Notes: generated by a model from the letters alone, not told the origin. Positions 10,355 to 21,366 are shown, numbered from the stretch's first letter. The stretch is DNA of 64,000 bases from Nitrosopumilus sp. (GCA_965205675.1 OZ242186.1:128001-192000); one strand, 5' to 3'. Numbers and translations: made by a program.

Positions 10355-11899
10355 ATGTCTATTGTAAGAACAATTCAAGTACTCTTTAAACTTCTTCCAT
10401 CTATACTTGCATTACGTAAAGATAGAAAAAAATGGATTAATCAGGAAAAAAATCAAATTGATTCAGAACAATTTAGAAAAAACGCATGTAAAATACTTGA
10501 TACATTTATTTCATTAGGCCCTGTCTACATAAAATTAGGACAATGGCTTTCTTCTAGAGCAGATATTTTACCTCAACCTTATTTGGAGGAACTTTCAAAA
10601 CTTCAAGATAGTGTTCCATCTGCTCCATTTGATCAAGTCAAACCAATAATTGAAAAAGAACTTGGTTCAATTGATGAAAAATTTGATATGATTGATCCTG
10701 ATTCTATATCTGGTGCTTCATTAGGTCAAGTTTATCGTGGATCTATTTCTGGCCAACAAATTGTTGTTAAAGTGAAAAGACCCGGAATTGAGAAAGTTGT
10801 AGCCAAAGATCTTCAAGTTTTAAAAAAAGTTCTTCCTTTAGTATTAAGATTTGTTGATCCAAATTTACGTTATTCTGCAAAAGCAATGCTATCTCAATTC
10901 ATTGAAACAATTTATGAAGAAATGGATTACAAAAATGAAATTCAAAATCTCAAAAAAATTAAAATGAATATGATTGATTCATCTAACGTTGTTGTTCCAT
11001 CTGTTTATGATGATTACTCATCAAAAAATGTCCTGACTATGGAATATCTACCAGGAATCAAAGTCACAAATGTTAAGGCATTAGATGAAAAAGGAATTGA
11101 TAGGGAGCAACTAGTCATAGATGTTCATAAGGTATTTTTTACAATGCTACTCAAACATTCAGTTTTTCATGCAGATCCACACCCTGGTAACATTTCAGTG
11201 ACAGATAATGGGAAACTTATTTTGTATGATTATGGTATGGTTGGACGAATAAACAATGAAACACGTTTCAAGTTAATTCGACTATATCTGGCACTTGTTG
11301 AAAAAAATCCTTCAAGAGTAGTTAATGCAATGAGTGATTTATCTATGTTAACTCCTGGTTATAATAGAGAAGTTATTGAAAAAGGAATTGAACTTTCAAT
11401 TCGTGCAATGCATGGTAACAAACCTGATGAAATGGAAGTTCAGAGTTTAATGGAACTTGCAAATCAAACTATGAGTAAATTTCCATTTGTATTACCAAAA
11501 AATTTAGCTTTGTATATGAGAATGGCATCAATTATTGAAGGAATATACAAAACACATGATGTAGATTTCAAATTTGTCAAGGTTTTGAAAAATATTTTAC
11601 AAGAAGAAAATCTTATCCCACGTGCATATGTAGAAGAGCTAAAAATTTCATTTGATAATTTTTCAAAATCAATTGATTCTACACTTAGAATGGGTCCTGA
11701 AATGAAAAAACTTATAGATGAAATTCAAATCCATATGAAAAAAGGAAAACCTGTGGTTTTAATCAGTGGAAGTATATTTGCATCTGCAATTTTTCTTGGT
11801 TCCGTATTGTTATATCAATCAAATGATTTCTTTGGATTACTTGGTATGATAAGCTCTGGTTTCATAATGACAATTGCAGGATTTTTTAGAAAACATTAG
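10355..11899 (+). CDS. AarF/UbiB (ABC1) family atypical kinase
   Basis: LGPVYIKLGQ (KxGQ), GASLGQVY, VVKVKRP, HADPHPGN, YDYGM. Confidence 0.95.
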   Translation: MSIVRTIQVLFKLLPSILALRKDRKKWINQEKNQIDSEQFRKNACKILDTFISLGPVYIKLGQWLSSRADILPQPYLEELSKLQDSVPSAPFDQVKPIIEKELGSIDEKFDMIDPDSISGASLGQVYRGSISGQQIVVKVKRPGIEKVVAKDLQVLKKVLPLVLRFVDPNLRYSAKAMLSQFIETIYEEMDYKNEIQNLKKIKMNMIDSSNVVVPSVYDDYSSKNVLTMEYLPGIKVTNVKALDEKGIDREQLVIDVHKVFFTMLLKHSVFHADPHPGNISVTDNGKLILYDYGMVGRINNETRFKLIRLYLALVEKNPSRVVNAMSDLSMLTPGYNREVIEKGIELSIRAMHGNKPDEMEVQSLMELANQTMSKFPFVLPKNLALYMRMASIIEGIYKTHDVDFKFVKVLKNILQEENLIPRAYVEELKISFDNFSKSIDSTLRMGPEMKKLIDEIQIHMKKGKPVVLISGSIFASAIFLGSVLLYQSNDFFGLLGMISSGFIMTIAGFFRKH

Positions 11900-11900
11900 A

Positions 11901-12281
11901 TTATTCTATTAAAATATCTTTTCTCTTTTTTGTGACAGGTATGATTAATGTAAGAATTCCGTTTTCATACCTTGCAGATTTAATTTTTTCTTCACCTTCT
12001 TTAATTTCTATAGGCAGTCTAATTTTTTTATCAATTACATTAGGTCTTTGATTTGTAATTAACGAATCTGATTCTTTTTCGTCAATTGTTTTTCTTGCAT
12101 TAATGGAAAGAATGTCACTACACAAAGATAATTCAATTTCTTTTTTTGTAAATCCTGGAATATCAATTACAATTTTTAGATTATCATCATTTAGGTACAT
12201 GTCCATTGGAGGTAAAACAAATTCATAGAATTCTCTTGATTTATTTCCAATCTCTCTGATTACATCTTTTACGAGTCCCAT
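11901..12281 (-). CDS. Small heat-shock protein (Hsp20)
   Basis: DIPGF.K.EI, IRLP, ARYENGILTL..P alpha-crystallin motifs. Confidence 0.9.
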   Translation of the reverse strand: MGLVKDVIREIGNKSREFYEFVLPPMDMYLNDDNLKIVIDIPGFTKKEIELSLCSDILSINARKTIDEKESDSLITNQRPNVIDKKIRLPIEIKEGEEKIKSARYENGILTLIIPVTKKRKDILIE

Positions 12282-12358
12282 TTTCTGTTATATGCTCAGT
12301 TTTTGGTTATAAATCTTGATAGATTTTTAATTAATTAATTTCTGAGTCTTGATAACTT

Positions 12359-12940
12359 ATGATAATTGTAATTGAAGGTGGAGATCAGGCAGGTAAGTTA
12401 ACACAATCTACACTATTAGCAAAAGCACTAAAAAAACAAAAAATCAAAACAAAACTATTTCATTTTCCTGACTACAAAACACCGATTGGTATGGAGATTA
12501 GAAAATATTTAGATGGAAAACGAATATTTCCATCCCAAGCAATTCATTGTTTATTGGCAGCAAATAGATGGGAAAAACTAGATGAAATTTTAGCAGCGGA
12601 GGAAAAAAATTCTGTTTTAATTATGAATAGATATTATCATTCTAATCTTGTTTACGGATTAGCAAATGGTTTGAAACAAAAATGGCTTGAAAATTTAGAT
12701 GATGGTCTTCCAAAAGCGGATCTTGTTATACTACTTGATGTAACACAAAAAGAATCCTTTAGTAGACAGAAAACCAATCGAGATAAATTTGAAAAGAATG
12801 AAGAATTTTTAAGAAAAATCTCCAAAATTTATCGTATTACTGCAAAGAAAAAACACTGGAAAATAATTGATGCATTACAATCTAAAGAAGACATTCACAA
12901 AGAAATCTTAAAAATATTTTCAAAAAAACTTGGCTTATGA
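12359..12940 (+). CDS. tmk: Thymidylate kinase
   Basis: IVIEGGDQAGKLTQ P-loop, FPDY, ANRWE, NRYYHSNLVYG. Confidence 0.95.
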   Translation: MIIVIEGGDQAGKLTQSTLLAKALKKQKIKTKLFHFPDYKTPIGMEIRKYLDGKRIFPSQAIHCLLAANRWEKLDEILAAEEKNSVLIMNRYYHSNLVYGLANGLKQKWLENLDDGLPKADLVILLDVTQKESFSRQKTNRDKFEKNEEFLRKISKIYRITAKKKHWKIIDALQSKEDIHKEILKIFSKKLGL

Positions 12941-14172
12941 AAAAAAATTATTTAGATATAATTGATCCCATTCATGATTTCATTCGTGTATATGATTATG
13001 AATTACCAATAATTGACAATCCTCTTTTTCAAAGATTAAGACGAATAAAACAACTTTCTGGTGCCCATCTAACTTATCCTGCAGCTCAACATAGTAGATT
13101 TGAGCATTCCTTAGGAGTTATGCATATTACTAGTCAGGCTGGTTTTGCATTAAATGAAAAAGGATTTCTAAATTCTGATGATGTTCAAATTTTACGTATG
13201 GCAGGTTTACTACATGATATTGGTCATGGGCCTTTTTCTCATTTGTTTGAAGAAATAATTCAAGAAAAAAAAATTTCCCATGAAGATTATGGAAAAAATA
13301 TAATTTTAAATTCTGAAATTGGTGATATATTATCAAAAACTGGATTTGATAAAAAATTAATAACAAAAATTGCATTTGGAGAATCTAAATTTCAATATCT
13401 AAATGAAATTGTTTCAGGTGCATTAAGTGCAGATATGATGGATTATTTACTTAGAGATGGTTATTTTACCGGAGCTGAACATGCAAAAGTAGATCATAAG
13501 AGAATCACACAATCACTTGACATTCACAAGAAAAAACTTGCATTGGAACGTTCAGCTTTGTATTCTTTTGAATCTATGATGCATTCTAGATATCAAATGT
13601 TCAAAGCAGTATATTTCCATAAAACCGTTCGTGCAGCAGAAGTTATGCTTATTGAGGCATTAAGATTATCTGACGATGAATTTGGTTTTACGTCTTTCAA
13701 TCTAGATGAATTTCTTAAATTAACTGATGAGTATGTTTTATCATCTTTGATTTCATCAAAATCTTCTAAACTAAAACGTGCACGACAATTTGCAGAAGAT
13801 TATCAAAATAGAAAATTATTAAAATGTGTGTTTGAGAGAATACTTACCAGTCAAACAAATTTGCAAAAGACTAGAACTGATGAATTAAGAATTGAAATTT
13901 CCGAAAAATCTAAAGTTAACGAAAATGAAATTTTCGTTGATAGTTCTGTCACTCCTTCTATTCCACTGGCTCCGTCAAAAAACGAATCAAAATCAATAAT
14001 CTTAGTTTCTAATGAAAGTGGAAAATCTATGGCTAAAGAGATGCCTATCTCTGAAATACCTGTAGTTTCAGCCATTTCTGGGTTTATGAATATACTTAGA
14101 ATTTATACCCATGAAAAAAATAGAAAAAAAGTTGAAATTGCCACAAAATCAATCATTGGTGATTTAAAATGA
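12937..14172 (+). CDS. HD-domain phosphohydrolase (YdhJ/SAMHD1-like dNTPase family)
   Basis: [49 protein letters not shown]. Confidence 0.92.
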   Translation: MKKNYLDIIDPIHDFIRVYDYELPIIDNPLFQRLRRIKQLSGAHLTYPAAQHSRFEHSLGVMHITSQAGFALNEKGFLNSDDVQILRMAGLLHDIGHGPFSHLFEEIIQEKKISHEDYGKNIILNSEIGDILSKTGFDKKLITKIAFGESKFQYLNEIVSGALSADMMDYLLRDGYFTGAEHAKVDHKRITQSLDIHKKKLALERSALYSFESMMHSRYQMFKAVYFHKTVRAAEVMLIEALRLSDDEFGFTSFNLDEFLKLTDEYVLSSLISSKSSKLKRARQFAEDYQNRKLLKCVFERILTSQTNLQKTRTDELRIEISEKSKVNENEIFVDSSVTPSIPLAPSKNESKSIILVSNESGKSMAKEMPISEIPVVSAISGFMNILRIYTHEKNRKKVEIATKSIIGDLK

Positions 14173-14852
14173 AAAAACGAATTGTAATCAAACTATCTGG
14201 ACGAGTTTTTGCCATAGATAATGTCAAAGTCCTAAAAGACTATGCATCATTTCTGGTAAAAATTAGCAAAGTCTGTCAACCTATTGTGATTGCAGGTGGT
14301 GGCAATATTGCACGACATTATATTTCTCATGCAAGATCTTCTGGTGCAGATGAATCTACTCTTGATGAACTAGGAATTGAAATTTCAAGACTTAATGCAA
14401 AGTTGCTAATATATGCTCTAAAAAATAAAGCATATTCACATCCACCAACTACTTTACAAGAAGTTAGACATGCAGTAAATGATGGATTAATTGTAGTTGC
14501 AGGAGGTCTTCATCCTGGTCAAAGCACAAATGGTACTGCAGCATTGATAGCAGAGAAAGTTCAAGCTGAACAATTTCTTAATGCAACTGATGTATCTGGT
14601 GTTTATGATATGGATCCTAACAAATTCAAAAAAGCAAAAAAATTTAAACAAATCGAAATAAAAAATCTAAAAAATATGTTAGTTCATGAAGATTCTATAG
14701 CAGGTGGTTATGATTTGATGGATATTGTGGCTTTAAAAATTATTGAGCGTTCAAAAATCAAAACAAGAATCATAAAAGCCGATACAAAAATTATCGAAAA
14801 GGCAATCAAAGGTGGCAATGTTGGCACTGAAATTATTTTCTATTCAAAATAA
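14169..14852 (+). CDS. pyrH: UMP kinase
   Basis: [37 protein letters not shown]. Confidence 0.95.
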   Translation: MKKRIVIKLSGRVFAIDNVKVLKDYASFLVKISKVCQPIVIAGGGNIARHYISHARSSGADESTLDELGIEISRLNAKLLIYALKNKAYSHPPTTLQEVRHAVNDGLIVVAGGLHPGQSTNGTAALIAEKVQAEQFLNATDVSGVYDMDPNKFKKAKKFKQIEIKNLKNMLVHEDSIAGGYDLMDIVALKIIERSKIKTRIIKADTKIIEKAIKGGNVGTEIIFYSK

Positions 14853-15209
14853 TCATTCAGAACTATTATTCTGAATTGTTGGTCTTGTTTCCGACCAAAT
14901 TTGAATTTGATATTCTGGATATTCTGGAATTCCGGTTTCCCTCAGTTTTTTATAAATTGATATAGCTTCTTCTTTTTCTACCGCTTTTGATTGGGCTTTT
15001 GTAAACCCATCTTTATCCACTATGACTGCAACATGACCATCTACAGAACTAATTACTGCAGTAAATTCTTCTTCTCCAACAGGATGAAATTTCCCATCAA
15101 TCTTTTTTGTTGTTAAAGTTAACATGCCAAATCCAGCAATTTTAAACATCTTCATTTGTGACTCACTTGCCCTTTGTTTTCCTTGTTGAACTGCTTGAAA
15201 ATATTGCAT
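14853..15209 (-). CDS. Hypothetical protein (118 aa)
   Basis: Start moved to ATG 15209 (MQYFQAVQQG...) to remove the overlap with the divergent gene at 15280. Confidence 0.7.
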   Translation of the reverse strand: MQYFQAVQQGKQRASESQMKMFKIAGFGMLTLTTKKIDGKFHPVGEEEFTAVISSVDGHVAVIVDKDGFTKAQSKAVEKEEAISIYKKLRETGIPEYPEYQIQIWSETRPTIQNNSSE

Positions 15210-15279
15210 AATTTTTTCTTTTTGCAATGGTATAATAACTATCTTAACATTTAAGACATTAAGAGGAAATGTAAAAACT

Positions 15280-15834
15280 ATGAATCCTAAAATTTTTGTT
15301 GGTGTTGCAGTAGCCACACTTGCTGTAATTTTAGGAGGTATTCTTTTGATCGGACCTACAATTATAATTCCGACACAAGATACTACAACTGGAATTCAGA
15401 ATATACCTCAAGCAAAACCGGTTCAAATTGAATTAGAGGATATTTCAATTGCCAAAATATCAGAACGTTCAGTGACTATTGATTTAGCATTCAAATTATC
15501 TAATCCTAATCCACGTGCAATGATTGTACAAACTATGGATTACCAATTATTTGAAACAGGTTATTCTGATACTGAACAAATTACCGGTGGTGAAATAGGT
15601 AGTAGACCTACAGGAATGGTCGAATTTGGTTCAAATTACTATACATTACTAGGTGAAAATTCCATTATTCTTAGAGATTCAAAGACATTAAAAAATTCTG
15701 GAAATACTGCAGATCTATGGAAAGCATTTGAAGATGATACAGCATCATGGAGAGTATCTGGGGATGTATTTTACAATCTAAGTTCAATGACTAGTGGTCA
15801 AGAGAATGAGCTTCATTTCGAATTTACAAAATAA
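15280..15834 (+). CDS. LEA_2/WHy-domain membrane-anchored protein
   Basis: N-terminal TM; FKLSNPNPRAM.V..MDY (NPN) motif. Confidence 0.7.
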   Translation: MNPKIFVGVAVATLAVILGGILLIGPTIIIPTQDTTTGIQNIPQAKPVQIELEDISIAKISERSVTIDLAFKLSNPNPRAMIVQTMDYQLFETGYSDTEQITGGEIGSRPTGMVEFGSNYYTLLGENSIILRDSKTLKNSGNTADLWKAFEDDTASWRVSGDVFYNLSSMTSGQENELHFEFTK

Positions 15835-15931
15835 CTTAATAGTATCACAAAATTCTAAAATTATGATAATATGTTTTTAGAGAGAAAATATTGGCAAAGT
15901 TATAAAAGTCCGTTTCGTTGTTTTTTATCAA

Positions 15932-16042
15932 ATGGCAGAAGCAGGTATGGCCGCATTTGGCGCAGCAGCAGGAGTCGCAATTGCACTCGCAGTAGTGTGT
16001 TTCGCTCTTCGTGGTAAAGGACATCCGGAACCACTAGATTAA
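15932..16042 (+). CDS. 36-aa single-pass membrane microprotein (not in ORF track)
   Basis: MAEAGMAAFGAAAGVAIALAVVCFALRGKGHPEPLD*; TTATAAAA at 15900-15907, GC-richer than its flanks, T-rich tract after the stop. Confidence 0.75.
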   Translation: MAEAGMAAFGAAAGVAIALAVVCFALRGKGHPEPLD

Positions 16043-16083
16043 CAAAGGAATTTTTCCTTTACAACATTTTTCTAATTTTTTTA

Positions 16084-16734
16084 CTAATCTTTCTTGTTGC
16101 CGAATCCTAACATTTCTGCCAAGTCTAATTGTTTAGCATTCTTCTTTTTCATAAAACATCTTTCATAATATTGACACTCTGAACATTCAGTTGAAGGTTC
16201 TAGAATAGGTATTTTCTTTTCTTTAAGAAGATCCTTTAAAACTCTAACTCTTCGTATTACTTCCTCAAACATTTTTTTATTTCGTGATATTGAAAATGTT
16301 GTTTCTTTTCTATCTCCTGTAATGTATACTATAATTCCATCTGGTTTATCATAAATCCACATACATGCATTAAGATAAAGAACATCATTAGATTGAGGAT
16401 TTTCTAGCTCATTTATTGCTCCTCTGAATAAGAAGATATGATCATCAACAAGCATGTCAACTTGACCTTTCAAATTTATATCATCAATAGCAAATTCTTT
16501 TGGATCACTTCCATATTGTAATTTTCTAAGTAATCCTGATAGAAGCTCATTGAACCCTCTTCTTTGAATTTCTTGAGGATCAACCCTGTCATAATATGAG
16601 CGTCTAAGACATTGAACTACTTCATGTAGATGTATGGTCTGAATATCTGTTGCATTAATGTTTATTTTTAATTCTCTCTCAATAGAATTTAATGCATTTT
16701 CAACAACACTTCGAAAATCTCTATCTCCCATCAT
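16084..16734 (-). CDS. Solo Cas4-like Fe-S protein (PD-(D/E)xK fold, catalytic motifs degenerate)
   Basis: QCLRRSYY plus ECSECQYYERC four-Cys arrangement; GQVD present; no CRISPR array or other cas genes in the window. Confidence 0.8.
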   Translation of the reverse strand: MMGDRDFRSVVENALNSIERELKININATDIQTIHLHEVVQCLRRSYYDRVDPQEIQRRGFNELLSGLLRKLQYGSDPKEFAIDDINLKGQVDMLVDDHIFLFRGAINELENPQSNDVLYLNACMWIYDKPDGIIVYITGDRKETTFSISRNKKMFEEVIRRVRVLKDLLKEKKIPILEPSTECSECQYYERCFMKKKNAKQLDLAEMLGFGNKKD

Positions 16735-16767
16735 GATGAGTTATCTTGTCATATGGTCACTTATAAT

Positions 16768-17004
16768 TTAGCTCAAAATTTGGGTTAGGCATTTTGAAAT
16801 TTTAGCTGAAAATGCCAAAGTTACAAAATGTACGGAAAATCCTAAAATTGCACCTATAATCAGATTTCCTGTGCCAAAATAAATCCCTAAAAATATCCCC
16901 AATGGAGGCAATGAAAAAATCATTGCCATGAATGCACTTACCCAGACAGTATTGATGACTGTTTCTGTAGAGATACCTTGTTTTTTCTTTGGAAATTTAA
17001 TCAT
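16768..17004 (-). CDS. Small two-TM protein co-oriented with atpC
   Basis: 78 aa, Gly-rich hydrophobic hairpin, 8 bp after the atpC stop. Confidence 0.75.
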   Translation of the reverse strand: MIKFPKKKQGISTETVINTVWVSAFMAMIFSLPPLGIFLGIYFGTGNLIIGAILGFSVHFVTLAFSAKISKCLTQILS

Positions 17005-17012
17005 TTTGAAAA

Positions 17013-18044
17013 CTATTCTTCTAAAATCAGTTTTGACATTGTAATTTCTGTAGATATTTTCTGCTCAACTGCATATGCAATTGCCGCCAGATTTCTTACC
17101 TCAAAAGCAGTCAATTTTGTAATTCCTATGATTGTGGCAAAACTAAACATCTTGGTAAATGATCTTGCAGATACATGGTAAATTTCCATTTCAAAAGCTC
17201 TTTCAAATTGAGCAACAGCATCTAATTCATTTTCTACATCTGGAATCAAACTCTTGTATTTTGTATTTGCTAATTCACCAAATGCATCTCTAACTGTAGT
17301 TGCAGACATCATTCTTACAAGTAACTCTCTTGGAATAGTTGGAGTTTGTGAAACAATCAAATCTTCAATTTGTAAATCATCTAATTCCCAGAATTTTCCT
17401 CTTATGACACTAAGAAGATTATAGAAATCTACATCCATACCAACTATCTTTATCACTTCTCTTTCCCTGGTATTTTTCAAAGCTCTTCCTAATTGCTGAT
17501 ACAAAATTTTATCAAAATATGTATCAAAAATCTGAATATTTTTTGTTTCATTATACAAAGAAGATGCTTTAGAAATTTCATCACCAAATTGAACTGAATT
17601 TAGGCTAGCAACTGTTTCCTCCAAATCTTTTGAAACTAGTGCTTTGATTATGACATCTCTTTGTCTGATTAATTCTTCTGCGTGGAGATTGATGTGAGTT
17701 TCAATTTCTTCTTGAGATTTTCCTAATACCTTTCCTTTGAGAATCTGTTTCAAATTTGAAATAATGAATTTCATATAATATGCATCTAAAATATCTGAAT
17801 CTCCTGCAGTTTTGGCAATTGAATAATGAACATCTGCCAAATGACCTCTTAATGCATTTTCAATTCCTTGTGAAGTGTATGGTTTTTGAATATCACCAAT
17901 TGCGTCACCATAAATTGTATTTTTGATTCTAGTCATTAATTCTTCAAGATCTCTTGATTCTGCCAAAGTCTGAAAATCAGCCTTTTTCAATAATTTTCCT
18001 CTTTGACTGTATGACTTTACAGATGCATAGACATTCTTACCCAT
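17013..18044 (-). CDS. atpC: A/V-type ATP synthase subunit C
   Basis: YASVK...RGKLL, NLKQILKGK, VDFYNLL...RGK, EVRNLAAI. Confidence 0.92.
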   Translation of the reverse strand: MGKNVYASVKSYSQRGKLLKKADFQTLAESRDLEELMTRIKNTIYGDAIGDIQKPYTSQGIENALRGHLADVHYSIAKTAGDSDILDAYYMKFIISNLKQILKGKVLGKSQEEIETHINLHAEELIRQRDVIIKALVSKDLEETVASLNSVQFGDEISKASSLYNETKNIQIFDTYFDKILYQQLGRALKNTREREVIKIVGMDVDFYNLLSVIRGKFWELDDLQIEDLIVSQTPTIPRELLVRMMSATTVRDAFGELANTKYKSLIPDVENELDAVAQFERAFEMEIYHVSARSFTKMFSFATIIGITKLTAFEVRNLAAIAYAVEQKISTEITMSKLILEE

Positions 18045-18086
18045 AAAAAAATCCTGATGAGCAACCGATTTTAATGTTTGGCGATC

Positions 18087-18767
18087 TTATATCTTCTCTG
18101 GAATAATTTTATTCAGAAATCTAAGTGTTTCATCTTTTTCTTGTTTTGGAAATCTCAAAAAAGCCTCTAGAATTTCCTTCTGTATAACAAGCGATTCATC
18201 TAAAATTTTGTTTAGTTTTGAGGGATCAAAAGGCAGTAGTTTGTTGATCTTATTATCGCAAAATGCTTTCACATATTTTTGGAAAATTGAATGCGTAAAA
18301 ATAGGACTTGTAGTCATAAGACTAGTAAGAATTTCTTCAAATTCTTTCTCATTATCATCTGCTTGCAAAAAAAACTCTTTGAGTAGACTTTCACTCTTTT
18401 TTATTTCAGAAATTGCCAATGCTACTAAAATCCCCTCTTTTGTTAAATGATAATATGGAATTCCTTTTTCTTGTAGAGCTTTTGGACCTCTTTTCAAAGG
18501 CAGTCGTCCATTCTCTTCTGCAATATTCATAGGAAGTAAAATTTCATCTAGATCTCTAAAAATTCCAGAATAGATATTCTTCCAAACAATATCTGCTTTT
18601 TTTGCTATTCTTTGAGAAATACCTGTTCTTGTTCTTTCTGCAGGATTTGCATTACTTCCAAGAATGGCGATGATCGCTCTTTGTCTCTTTGCCTCACCAG
18701 TAAGATCATTTCTCTTTGTTTTAAAAGTATCAAAAATTGCTAATTTCGCATTAGATTTAATTTTCAT
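18087..18767 (-). CDS. Winged-helix-like putative regulator, divergent from amt
   Basis: RTGISQRIA..NIYSGIFRDL..L...GIPYYHLTKEG fits a wHTH with wing; function inferred only. Confidence 0.6.
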   Translation of the reverse strand: MKIKSNAKLAIFDTFKTKRNDLTGEAKRQRAIIAILGSNANPAERTRTGISQRIAKKADIVWKNIYSGIFRDLDEILLPMNIAEENGRLPLKRGPKALQEKGIPYYHLTKEGILVALAISEIKKSESLLKEFFLQADDNEKEFEEILTSLMTTSPIFTHSIFQKYVKAFCDNKINKLLPFDPSKLNKILDESLVIQKEILEAFLRFPKQEKDETLRFLNKIIPEKI

Positions 18768-18894
18768 TCACTCACCTTTATCATAATATCCATCTTTTAT
18801 GTTACTATCAGAATATACTAAAATATAATAATTTACTTTTTTGTATGGTTTCGAGTCTTCAATGCTTAAATAATTTTCAATTTCGATAAATTTA

Positions 18895-20457
18895 ATGAAT
18901 TCTAGGAACTACAAGTATGCTCTATTACTTGTAGCCGCAGTATCTATCACAGCAACTGGTGCTATGTCTCAGGCATACGCACAAAGTGTTGAAGATGGTA
19001 TGGACGGATATGTTAAAGGAACCAGTGGAATTTACACTGGCAACCCTAACGAATGTTGGTATGATGATGGCGAAGGCGGCATGCTACCTTGTCTTATAGA
19101 CACAGGTGATACAGCATGGATGTTAACAGCAACATCATTAGTACTCTTCATGTCTCCAGGAGTCGGTTTCTTTTATGGCGGATTAGCCAGATCAAAGAAC
19201 ATCGTCAATGTACTCGGCATGACTCTCATTGTAATGGGTCTAATGTCAATACAATGGGTTCTATGGGGATACTCACTAGCATTTGGTGGAGTTGATTCTG
19301 ACGCAAACTTATTCATGGGTAACTTAGACTATGTTGGATTTAACATGGTATCAGCTTGGGCACCATTAGGTGAAGTTGGTTCTTGTCACGATACATGGTC
19401 TTCAGCTTATCAAATGAATGCAATGAAGGAAGGCGACATGTGTAGTCAAGGATGGCCAGGTACAGTACCTCACCAACTCTTTGCAATGTTCCAAGCAACC
19501 TTCGCAATCATTACACCAGTTCTAATTATTGGTGGTTTGATTGACAGAATCAAATTCAGCGCATTGATCGTATTCGTACTCTTATGGGGAACCTTCGTTT
19601 ATGATCCAGTAGCACACTGGGTCTGGGGAGGAGGCTACATAGGAGGAGGTTCACTTGACCTCGATCCAGACTTATCGCCATCTTATGCATTAGACTTTGC
19701 AGGTGGTACTGTAGTACACATTACTTCAGGATTTGCAGCATTGGCTGGAGCCTTAGTCCTTGGCAGACGTCTTGGATACGGCAAAGTGCCAATGGAACCA
19801 CACAATATCCCGATGGTAGTCCTCGGAGCAGGAATACTCTGGTTTGGATGGTTTGGTTTCAATGCTGGAAGTGAAGTTATGGTAGACGGCATTACCGTCA
19901 GCGCATGGACTGTTACAAATACCGCAACTGGTATGGCTGTAATCACTTGGGTGCTCATGTCTTGGGCACATACAGGAAAACCAAGTGTTGTAGGAGCTGC
20001 ATCAGGAGCAGTAGCAGGATTGGTAGCAATCACACCCGCCTCAGGTTGGGTAGGTCCAATGGCTGCGATTATAATCGGTATTGCAGCTGGTACAATTTGT
20101 TATGCAGCAATAGCATTCAAGAGTGCACGCAAATGGGACGACGCATTAGATGTATGGGGAGTACACGGAATGGGTGGTCTTACAGGTGCAATTTTGACTG
20201 GTACATTAGCTAGTCCACACGTTTGGGATACTGGAGACGGTATCGGAGCATGGACTGGCACTCCAGAAGGAATGGAACAGCAAGCAATCAGCATCCTTGG
20301 TGCTGCAATATCAATAGGCTATGCCTTTGGTGTTACAATTGTAATCCTCAAAGTAATGGATGCCGTATGGCCTGGCGGAATCAGAGTGACTCCTAAAGAA
20401 GAGGAGATTGGTCTCGATTTGGCACAGCATGGCGAAAGAGCATACGTTAACGAATAG
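18895..20457 (+). CDS. amt: Ammonium transporter (Amt)
   Basis: DTGDTAWML, FFYGGL, FQATFAII, DFAGGTVVH, WFGWFGFNAGS, DDALDVWGVHG (twin His), EEIGLD; signal peptide and Cys-containing extracellular extension. Confidence 0.98.
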   Translation: MNSRNYKYALLLVAAVSITATGAMSQAYAQSVEDGMDGYVKGTSGIYTGNPNECWYDDGEGGMLPCLIDTGDTAWMLTATSLVLFMSPGVGFFYGGLARSKNIVNVLGMTLIVMGLMSIQWVLWGYSLAFGGVDSDANLFMGNLDYVGFNMVSAWAPLGEVGSCHDTWSSAYQMNAMKEGDMCSQGWPGTVPHQLFAMFQATFAIITPVLIIGGLIDRIKFSALIVFVLLWGTFVYDPVAHWVWGGGYIGGGSLDLDPDLSPSYALDFAGGTVVHITSGFAALAGALVLGRRLGYGKVPMEPHNIPMVVLGAGILWFGWFGFNAGSEVMVDGITVSAWTVTNTATGMAVITWVLMSWAHTGKPSVVGAASGAVAGLVAITPASGWVGPMAAIIIGIAAGTICYAAIAFKSARKWDDALDVWGVHGMGGLTGAILTGTLASPHVWDTGDGIGAWTGTPEGMEQQAISILGAAISIGYAFGVTIVILKVMDAVWPGGIRVTPKEEEIGLDLAQHGERAYVNE

Positions 20458-20525
20458 AAAAAATCCTTTTTTCTTCTTTTTATTTCAATCCAAATCAATT
20501 TAGATTTGATCATTTTATCTAAATT

Positions 20526-21302
20526 ATGTTAATTTCAACGACTGAACTTGATTTTATTCTAAACGAGCCCAATGTCATTATAGTTGATACTCGTTCTTTC
20601 AAAGAATATTCCGATGGACATATTCCAGGAGCTGTACATCTAGATTTATTTGCATTTCATTGGATTGATACAACAAAAGAAGGAATCAATAATTTCAATA
20701 ATCAAACACAAAATCTACTGTCGTTTCTTGGAGTGACCACAGAAAAAAAAGTTGTATTTTACGATTCAGTTTCTGGAATGCTAGCATCTAGAGGAGTTTG
20801 GATGTTGATGTATTTTTCACATGAAAATGTTTCAATACTTGACGGTGGAATTACAAAATGGAAAAAAGAAAATCTATCTATTGAAACAAAATTGAATGGC
20901 TTTAAACCATCAAAATTTACTGGTAAAATTAATCCAAAGATTATTTCTGGATTTGAATACATTAGAGATAATTTGAATAGTTTGAAAATTCTAGATGCTC
21001 GTTCTATTGGCGAATATGATGGAAGTACAACTCGCGCTGCCCAATCTGGTCATATCCCAAATTCTATCAATATTGATTGGAATCAAAATCTCAATAAGGA
21101 TGGCACTTTCAAAAATGATGAAGAATTATCTAAAATGTATAATATTCCAAAAGATTCTAAAATTGTTACATATTGTCAAGGGGCATATAGGGCCGCCAAT
21201 TCCTTTTTAGTTTTGAAAAAATTAGGATTTGAAAATGTTCGAGTATATCTTGGATCTTGGAGTGAATGGGGAAATAAATTGGATTTACCTGTAGAAAAGT
21301 AA
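20526..21302 (+). CDS. Two-domain rhodanese / thiosulfate sulfurtransferase
   Basis: GHIPGA, LDGGI..W, active site YCQGAYR, YLGSWSEW. Confidence 0.93.
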   Translation: MLISTTELDFILNEPNVIIVDTRSFKEYSDGHIPGAVHLDLFAFHWIDTTKEGINNFNNQTQNLLSFLGVTTEKKVVFYDSVSGMLASRGVWMLMYFSHENVSILDGGITKWKKENLSIETKLNGFKPSKFTGKINPKIISGFEYIRDNLNSLKILDARSIGEYDGSTTRAAQSGHIPNSINIDWNQNLNKDGTFKNDEELSKMYNIPKDSKIVTYCQGAYRAANSFLVLKKLGFENVRVYLGSWSEWGNKLDLPVEK

Positions 21303-21366
21303 ATCTTTTAGTTGTACCGGTCCATTTTTAATCTTATGATAAACTCAACTGCTTTGGAGCACTAAT

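Noticed and set aside
18768-18894. NrpR operator upstream of amt
   Set aside because: No GGAA-N6-TTCC site seen in the spacer.
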